DNA of 64,000 nucleotides from Octopus sinensis (Eukaryota). The position numbers and the translations under genes were made by a program. Of this stretch, positions 55,121 through 64,000 are shown piece by piece (within the stretch, counting starts at the first letter, position 1; every line of letters starts with the position of its first letter). Where the stretch lies: the NCBI RefSeq assembly GCF_006345805.1, contig NC_042997.1, positions 2,976,001-3,040,000 on the forward strand. The letters run 5' to 3'. Under the pieces are notes generated by a model, which did not search any database, was not told where the DNA came from, and was given only the letters and a program-made list of their open reading frames with translations.

Positions 55121-55684
55121 TATATATATATATATATGATTTAAAGGCAGTTGAATCATTCTTTTTGTTGTTGTTTATAGCATGTATTTCAGTTTAATTA
55201 TTTAATTGGAAAATTTTGCATTTCTGTGGTTGATATGATACGCACAAAGAATAACAATTATTGCACACAGTGAACCTGATCTTAAATATAATTTTACGAC
55301 GGATGTTATAATTACATTTCTTTGCATGAGTCGGAAAAGCAGAGCGATTCAGATTAATCTTTAATTATGTTAAGCTAGAATCATCAAAATCTAGACAATC
55401 TACTTTTATGATGAGTCGTATATATCACCTCACCATGTTTCAGTTATTTTTGTTATATAGATAGCTATTAAGACATCATTTTCACGTTTTATAAATAAAG
55501 CTTTACTTTGGATTTCAGTATTAGACTAGGTTAAAATTAATATTAAAAGAAACTAAATTAAAATTATTTATAACCAATAAACCCTTACATCTTACATATT
55601 AATGATAATTACGGACCACATGAAATGTTTTTATTGTTTTTTTTTTTTGTTTTTTTTTATCTTGGCTCAGTGTAATACATATAG

Positions 55685-56130
55685 CAATAACTGTATAGAA
55701 ACATTGTTTAAGGCAATGCAAGAAGCTGACAAAACCGTTCACAAACTCCAAAAAATATTTTTTCAGCATTTCGATTTTCTTTCTTTCTGAGATCCTGTCT
55801 TTTTGGTCATAAGGAAATAAGTACCAGTTGAGTACTGGAGTCTATCTAATGGATTTCTAACCCTAACACCAACAATTTCGATTCTATTTCTAAAATTTGA
55901 AACCAATAGTTATACATTATTTAAAGTGACGAGCTGAGGGAAACGCTAGCAGCCTCACAAAATGCTTATCCGCATTTCAACCATCTTTACACCATGAATT
56001 AAAATTCCAGCGACGTTGATTTTTATTCGTTCGAATTAAATACGTTCCAGTTTAGCTCTGAAGTCTGTATATTCAGCTTAAACGCGCCCGAAAAGATAAA
56101 AATTAAACAAAAAATGTTGAGGGCTCGTAC
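55685..56130 (+). mobile_element. Two tandem decayed SINE family B copies
   Basis: ataagtaccagttgagtactggagtc near 55820, and gacgagctgagggaaacgctagc...aaaatgctta.cgcatttc near 55930. Confidence 0.55.
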
Positions 56131-56458
56131 CAAAATTTTAAATCAGTCATTATACACATTATAAAATATATTACAGGATTTCTGTATAACACAATTAAAG
56201 CAATTATGATAATTATCTATTGACGACCAATTTTGGTTTATCTACATTGTATGTAATCCATCCTTTCTAATCTTCACAAACGTTTTGACTGGATATTTGT
56301 ACATTTTGTGAATGTGGTATCGTTTTGCCCTACCATAATTTTCTAACGATCTAGACATTTCTATAAGATGAATTTTTTCTTCGAGATAATATCATTTTGG
56401 TTATTTCAGATACGTTTAATAGCATATATATATATAACTGTATGTATGTATGCATATG

Positions 56459-56527
<69 letters not shown>

Positions 56528-56536
56528 CATATGTAC

Positions 56537-56580
<44 letters not shown>

Positions 56581-56741
56581 TATACATATACACATATACA
56601 TACATACATACATACATTTATATATATATATTATATATACATATATATAAAATATTATTAGAGACAAAACCACTATTTTGCAAAACAAACAAGGAAAGAC
56701 TTAATCATACATAAAATTTTAATAAATAGTCAAAAAAACCG

Positions 56742-56783
56742 CCACTATAATTGTTTCTTGTCTTATCGACAATCTTCAGGTGG
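56742..56783 (-). ncRNA. Minimal hammerhead ribozyme motif (left arm)
   Basis: Minus strand reads ccac-CTGAAGA-ttgtc-gataa-gacaa-GAAAC-aatt-ATA-gtgg. Confidence 0.75.
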
Positions 56784-56845
56784 ACTTCCAATAAGTCAGT
56801 TTCAATTTATGAAGTAATTCATAATTGAAACTGACTTATTGGAGT

Positions 56846-56888
56846 CCACCTGAGGATTGTCGATCAAGACAAGAAACAATTATAGTGG
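56846..56888 (+). ncRNA. Minimal hammerhead ribozyme motif (right arm)
   Basis: ccac-CTGAGGA-ttgtc-gatcaa-gacaa-GAAAC-aatt-ATA-gtgg. Stem I ccac/gtgg and stem II ttgtc/gacaa are perfect. Confidence 0.75.
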
Positions 56889-57746
56889 CGGTTTTTTTTA
56901 CTATTTATTAAAATTTTATGTATTGATTAAGTCTTTCCTTGTTTGTTTTGCAAAATAGTGGTTTTGTCTCTAATAATATTTTATAATATTTTACTATAAA
57001 ATTGGATTTAATCCTAAATCTGATTTTTTCCCTGTAAATTTGGATTTATTCCCTAATATTTATTATATACATATATATATATATATATATGACAATAACT
57101 GTATACAGTATTTAAGGCAGCAAGCTGACAAGACCTTCCACAAATTGAGGAAAACTTTTTTCCAGCATTTCGACTCTCTTTCTTTCTGAGATCCAATGCC
57201 ACCGAGACATGTATGTATATGTGTGTGTGCATGCAATATGCATGTGTGTGTATGTATTATAGTTAATTGAATACTAAACCCTAATTCAATTTCTGGTTGC
57301 CTTTATTGTTTATGCGTATCATACTCAGGAGATTTGGCAGAAAAATTAGCTTGCGTATATTTGTGTACGTCCGGTACACTCTGGACCCCAAACCACCCGT
57401 GAAATACCTAACAATTTTCTCTCTTGTTTGATAACATTGCAGCACTCAGCTACTAGATGGATTTCAGTTTACCCCTCCACTAAATAGCCCTATTTACGAA
57501 TCATTGTGCTCATGTTCCTTAGTTAGAAATCATCATTATTTCTTGAATTATTTCTATTAGAGTATTATTATATATTAACGATTTTAAAATATGTCAGTTA
57601 AACGAATAAGCCAATAATTTAACAATTATTATCTATTACAGCACATGCCGTACGAAGAGATAACGTTTACAGATTTTACTTAAGGACTAACGGAAATATT
57701 TTCCATATTCATTTTAATTATTAATTGGGTTTAAAAGGTTGCTCAC

Positions 57747-57828
57747 CGTTCCGGAACCTGTCGAATTGTATGGAATCGGGTGCAACGACGAACGTATAAT
57801 GGATGTGCGTGTCCATTAAATGCTTAAA
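57747..57828 (-). other. Candidate 82-nt exon of an unidentified gene
   Basis: Acceptor aatttgttctgcctttcag, donor acg|gtgagc, one open frame FKHLMDTHIHYTFVVAPDSIQFDRFRN, and GC above background. No recognised homology. Confidence 0.3.
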
Positions 57829-59387
57829 CTGAAAGGCAGAACAAATTCCACATACATTTTTATCTCCATATGCATTGATTAAATAGGCACTCAGGCACTC
57901 ACAGATATGAATGTATATGTGTGTATGCGTATGTATACATACATATAATACTTACAAACATGCATATACAAGCATATATGGATACATACACGCCGATATA
58001 ATGAATGATATAGATAGACACACACATACATGCATGCATACATTTGTACATGGTCATTTCGTAACATCTGTAACTTAAGAGCGTGCACCAATGAAAGCTA
58101 TATTCCAAAGTGCACTAACAGCACAATTGCGGTGCTCTACGCTATGATTAGGCAAATTCAAACACTAACCTCATTATCATATATGTGACTTTATCTTCCC
58201 TTCATGATTTTGAGATCTACTTGAAATAGTTGTGGTATACGTTTCCGCAAGTTTCATAAATGATTTTCGTCTTTCACTAATCTGAACCGTACGTTCCTTA
58301 AGCTAGCTCAATCTTTCACTACTGTCTGTAAGCTTCAATTTCTGTAATAAACAGATATTTCGAAAGTGGACAGGAATGGACAGAGGCACAGTTGTGTAAC
58401 TGGTTATTATCAGACCGAATACTATTCTCAACGCTCAAAACATTTCTTGAAAGCCTAGTTAGCGTTTTAATATGCACTCGTACCTGTGTGTAATCGGTAA
58501 ATATTTTTAACAAGCATTAAACATATCTGTGCACTATTCATTCCAAAGTGATACTAAAGATGAATGATTGAAATATTATGACAACGCGTATTCTTCCTAT
58601 ATTTCTAAAGTGAATCTGTATTTCCTATTTATAAATTATCTTTCCGTTAATGAGTGATTATTGAAAGTCATTTAACTAGTAATGTTGTTTCTAGACACTG
58701 TGAGCTAGTGTTATCATAGGGAAACATACATTTTATTGGTTGTGAACTCAGCATATACGCATCTGGAAGATAGAACAACACTTATAGTAATATAGTAAAT
58801 ATTCCTGCAAAATGTTAGGTAAGTGTATGGTTTCGTTCCGTTTGATGTTTCCTGGGAATAGGTGTGAAGTTTCCAGTAGTGTTCGTGAAAACATTTTTCA
58901 TCACTGTTGGGAGCTGTTTCTTTTCCGTCTACCGTTTATCATATAAAAGTGACTATCGTGTATTCTTTTTATCTGTTCCCCCTATCTAAATTGTCACATT
59001 GAAATCAATAATTTAAATCCCGGTACAAAGAGATTGTGTTGCGTCGTGAAATATTTTATAATAACATTTTAAGAGTGAATGAAGTTTGGAGCTTCAAAGG
59101 AGAAACACAGGACCGAAAATGTGCATACTAATTGTTTGTAAGATCAGACGAATGAGTGTGCTCTTTTATTTTTGAATATATAGAATATGGATGAGTGGTA
59201 AATCGAGAATTGGGTAGCCTTGCAGTGTAACATATCTAACATTACTGACATCCAACAATACTGACCTACAAAAGATTGTATTTGCATCATTCGATATAAG
59301 TTCTAAGGAAAGGCATAAATTGCTGTCGAAATACATAGCTGTAAAGCAGAAGAGATAATAACGTAAATGCGGACTCCAAACAAAAAA

Positions 59388-59448
<61 letters not shown>

Positions 59449-61949
59449 ATAATATATATATATATATGCATATATACATATCTATATATGTATATGTATA
59501 CATGTGTGTGCTTATGGGTGAGAATTGGTGTCTGTTCAGTACAGTTTAAATGGTTCGGAAATACTTTGTAACTATTTAGAAATCTCACTGATATTTTCCT
59601 ACTAATTAAAACTCCCGAATTTGAATAATAATTGACGTAAACAACAATCAGCATACGAAAAATATGTCAAGCCTTATTCACTTTCTAACTAACGCTTCAG
59701 GTACTGTCAATATAAATGGCCTTATGAATATTTAGATGGTCTTAATTGCTGAGATCTCTTGCATGTCATAACATATGCTGTCTTCAAAGTTATAGAATTA
59801 GAAAAGCATTCCCGCTTTGCAACCATATCACGTTTCTTGTAAATTGACAACAATCACTGACGAAGACAATAGAATGATTACTAGAGTTGATAGTTTCACC
59901 TTTTCTTATCCTCAATGGCTCCTGTGTCTCATTAAATCAAAATCAAAGAAAATGCTAAGATCGATGCATTACACTTTAAATATGTTCACAACTGAATTCT
60001 TTCCAAGATGCCATTTTATATTCCAAAATTAAACACAATCTGCACTGAATTACTAGCATTTGTTTAGCTTAAAAGAAATGAGTAAGTTTTTCGTGAATAT
60101 CTGAGTGCTTTTTTTAATTTCCCTCCAATAGGTGTTTCTTCTTTTTTATATTTTTAAACTTATATTTAATGGCATGTTACCATAATCTGTAATTAATCAT
60201 TTATTTTCTAGTATTTCGGCTGCACAGCTTTTCCTTTTTATCATTAACTGATGGTAATATGAGTTGTTTTAGATGAAGACACAGTGTAAATTATGCATAC
60301 TGCAATTAAAATTAGGTTCTAGGTGAAATGAAAGCCAAAAACTAAATACACTTTAAAGACAAGTGAACGAAAAACGAATGATAAAAATAACGCCGAAAGA
60401 AATTTATTATTTCCCAAGTGACATGTGTCTAATTTTATCGATTATTTCGTTTATTTTATTTCAAATAGAAATTTTGTTTCATTTTTCCTTTACACATTTT
60501 GAACGGGCTTCATAAATATTTCTCTTTCTTTCTTTAATTTGAAAGAAAACACTAAAAGAGTCGTTTACTTCCAATTCTAATTCAGTTTCATTACTCGCTT
60601 TGCCAAATTGATTCGTTTATATTCCGAATATCTCAAACCATAATAAGTGTATCTCGTAAATTATGCGTAAGTGTATCCTTTAATTTTTTCTGGATATTTT
60701 AATGAATAATTACAAAATCCGATGGAAAATGATTTAGCTCTTTACTTGACATTCAAACGCCTGCGTCAGTCAATGGACCATTTGGCTCCATATTAATGAA
60801 ATTTAATTAGAAATGTATAGTATACCTTCAAACCTCTTTACCGATTCGCCTCAATTCAGTGATAATATTATATTGCACAATGAGTTATAATACATTGTAT
60901 GTAATTAACTGTATAAGCATATAACAATAAGAATACAAGTAACATAAGATGTAGCAATTCTTCCGTTACTAATATCTGGAGAGGCTAATTTAGTAAAGAA
61001 AAAAATTATATTCCCAATAGGTATCAAAATTCCCCCCTTTAAATATCTACTTGAAATCCCGTAATTATTGATCGATATACTTAAAAAAGTAATATAAAGG
61101 AAAATCTAAGATGACAGACATAACCGTGCATAACATAAAGTAAAAAGTGTGAGAAATAGTATATTGATTTCCGAGAAAAAGGAAGTACTAAATAAAACTT
61201 TCGTGTTTTGAAATTAAGTTTTCCTTCAATAAGTCTGACAGAAAGAACAGATAACAAAGCGATCCTAGCAAAGCGAGATGTTTGAGATGATTGGTACAAA
61301 ACCATTATGACCATGGGGGTATGTATATCTTCGATTATTCATGTTCTATTACAACGTATGTGAATTTCATTCATTGTTTGTTCATACATGCTCATCCTAT
61401 ATGAATGAGTATTTACTGCGCACGTACTGCTGGCAAATATGTTTTCTACAAATCTCTTCATAATGTTGTTTGGTTTTATGTACATGTGTGTATCAATATA
61501 TTGATAGATCTGCTATGAAGTATTCGAAAAGAATTTACAGATTGTATGTACATTTCGTTACAGTGATTGTGAGTAATATTATGCTAATATTTCTTAGAAT
61601 CAAACCCACAAATCTTAGGAAAGTAGTACCATTAACATCCCATATAAAAGACCACGCAATGATGAAGGGCTGAGCTGACTTCAGTACAGATACATATTCT
61701 AGCAATTTTTCGACTTAAATCTAGTCTTAGCTTAACACAAAATTATGAATGCAACAAATTCTAACAATAATATTCATATTGTACACTCACCATAACATGC
61801 TACTGCATGAAAAGTAATGGTACAGGTCATTACAAGATAGTGGACAATTATCGATAAACGTCAGTGAGATGGCTCATGAAGAATATATGGGAAAAGTTGT
61901 GGTATTATGAGGTCTTTGGTAGGCGAATGCAGTAATCTAGCGCAAAACA

Positions 61950-62165
61950 TTTGCATGTGCATATATGACGAAGTTTAATAAAATAGAGAATTGGGATACT
62001 ATTGGATCGAAGTGACGGAAAGACAATTAGAAGATGTTAAGAAATTTCCCTACAGGATATCATCTTACAGATGAAGAACCCGTTATGATTTTGGAAGATA
62101 GCAATGCAAACATTTTATGAGCATTTCGTTGAGAGTATAGAGAATGAAATTGGGGAAATTGATAG
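61950..62165 (+). mobile_element. Possible APE endonuclease (LINE) remnant
   Basis: DEEPVMILEDSNANI resembles IILGDFNAK. Otherwise decayed. Confidence 0.25.
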
Positions 62166-62482
62166 ATATCAGGTGAGATCGAGAGTTTTTCTATCATAAA
62201 TTATACACACGATAGCACACCGACAACTGCAACCAATGAATCTGAAGTATACTAGAAGTGAGAGAAATATTGACAAATGGTGGGGAAAAATTCTTCCTAA
62301 AACATGCAAACACATATTGAGAAATGCATTGGATTTGAGTAGACTTAGTATCATGATAACATACTATATTTTATATTAAACAATAATGATAATATATTGG
62401 ATAATCAGAAGAAAAAGGTGACAATGAGATCAACGACCACACAAACGATGATGGCGTCGACGCTGACGAAAAAGAAAAAGAC

Positions 62483-62497
62483 GATGACGACGACGAC

Positions 62498-62573
<76 letters not shown>
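62483..62573 (+). repeat. (GAC)n(GAT)n microsatellite
   Basis: Direct reading. Explains the poly-Met and poly-His ORFs. Confidence 0.95.
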
Positions 62574-62694
62574 TTGTTCTTGTTGTTTAACCACCACAAC
62601 AACAGGAGACAAAAAGTGTTACCATGTCTATATATCTGTACATTCATTTATATAGTCCATCGGAAACTGAAATTCCACCTCTTTAATACTCTGT

Positions 62695-63062
62695 TGTACA
62701 ATTTTGGGGGAGGGAGCCAGTCATTTAAATCGATCCCAGTATTCAACTAGTACTTAATTTATCGAACCCCGAAAGAATGAAAGTCGACTTCGGCGGAATT
62801 TGAACTCAGAACGTAAATACAGACGAAATACCTATTTCTTTACTACCCACAATGGGCTAACCACAGGGAGGACAAACGAGGACAGACAAACGGAGTAAGT
62901 CGATTATATCGACCCCAGTGCGTAACTGGTATTTATTTAATCGACCCCGAAAGGATGAAATCAATGTCGACCTCGGCGGAATTTGCACTCAGAACGTAGC
63001 GGCAGACGAAATACCGCTTAGTATTTCGCCCGGCATGTTAATGTTTCTGCCAGCTCGCCGCC
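62695..63062 (-). mobile_element. SINE family B, full-length dimeric copy
   Basis: Minus head ggcggcgagctggcagaaac...ccgggcgaaat. The unit tatttcgtctg...ttctgag..caaattccgccga.gtcgac...tttcgggg.tcgat...aagtac occurs twice (62720-62832 and 62898-63013). Confidence 0.9.
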
Positions 63063-63364
63063 TTCCCATCTCTTAGATATTGGCTTCCTTCTAAGACGTT
63101 ATGCCAAATTAAGTACAACATTATTGCATTGTTTGTTCCTTAGTTTTTGTCGAGAAAAAGGATTTATCAATTCCATGTTGTAGATAATCATTAATTCAAA
63201 CGCGAATAAAGTTTTATAAAACCCTTTCTTGTTTGACAACTATTGTCATAAATGAAAGGAAGTTTGAATTAAAATATTTATTTCAAATCATTACGTACAA
63301 TTCATACACGCCAATATATTCCACAACATAACGCAGATATAGATTATTTCTGAAATGATCGCTG

Positions 63365-63424
<60 letters not shown>

Positions 63425-63769
63425 ATATATGTATGTATATATATATACAAAATTAGGGAACGGAGTAGAAAAAAATCCAAGCAATGATTCATCGCTAGCT
63501 GAAGCTTGGAGGTAGTTATTGACCAAACCAGGGGTAATCCGCTAGTTACACGTTGGGCCAAAGATATCTTAATCAAATGAAGTCTACATACTTATCAAGG
63601 GATCCTATGTTAACTTGCAGGAGATTTTATTCTATACACACCCAACGCAGCTGTAACATTTTTCAGCTTATCTAACGTCGATATGGGAAAACTTTACAAC
63701 CTTCAGCGTCAATAAACCATTATCATTCCTGAAAGTTGACCTTTATACATTTTACACACACACACACAC

Positions 63770-63828
<59 letters not shown>

Positions 63829-63834
63829 AGAGAG

Positions 63835-63874
<40 letters not shown>

Positions 63875-64000
63875 CATACACAAGTACTTCCGTGTTGCAA
63901 TTAACAAATGTAACGGGGTTTCACCCTAACAGGAACTGTAGATTATGACCATTATATTAGGATTACGGTCTGCAATATACTATGAAGTAGATAAGCAAAC

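Larger units (their letters stand above)
56646..57066. mobile_element. Near-perfect 340-bp palindrome (56646-56985) plus about 80-bp unpaired 3' tail, flanked by (TA)n on both sides
   Basis: tataaaatattattagagacaaaaccactattttgcaaaacaaacaaggaaagacttaatca... is mirrored with few mismatches. The loop is near 56815. Confidence 0.95.

Noticed and set aside
58355-58457. Plus-strand frame YFESGQEWTEAQLCNWLLSDRILFSTLKTFLESL, lectin-like W.EA..C
   Set aside because: Weak splice signals, and no consistent downstream exon because 59180-59275 has stops or a frameshift in every frame.

Overview
AT-rich, microsatellite-dense eukaryotic non-coding DNA (intergenic or intronic). The repeat repertoire suggests a cephalopod such as Octopus, which is an inference from remembered SINE consensuses. 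No intact protein-coding gene can be supported, and nearly all listed ORFs are translations of (TA)n, (CA)n, (TAA)n, (TAG)n or (CTT)n tracts. The window holds decayed transposable elements: at least 3 tRNA-derived SINE families, five 3' fragments of R4/Dong-like restriction-endonuclease LINEs, three Penelope-like GIY-YIG relics, Tc1/mariner fragments (Tc1, mariner, rosa/DD41D-like), and CR1-like and RTE-like scraps. The most notable signal is a set of sequence-unrelated fold-back elements (844-1228, 15661-16198, 25550-26440, 33101-33462, 45111-45402, 56646-57066). Their arms carry minimal hammerhead-ribozyme cores (CUGANGA...GAAA, some degenerate), always with the same outward-facing polarity. 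One of these elements still encloses a Penelope GIY-YIG remnant, and two enclose a tRNA-like Pol III head, suggesting a Penelope-mobilised, ribozyme-bearing SINE-like family.
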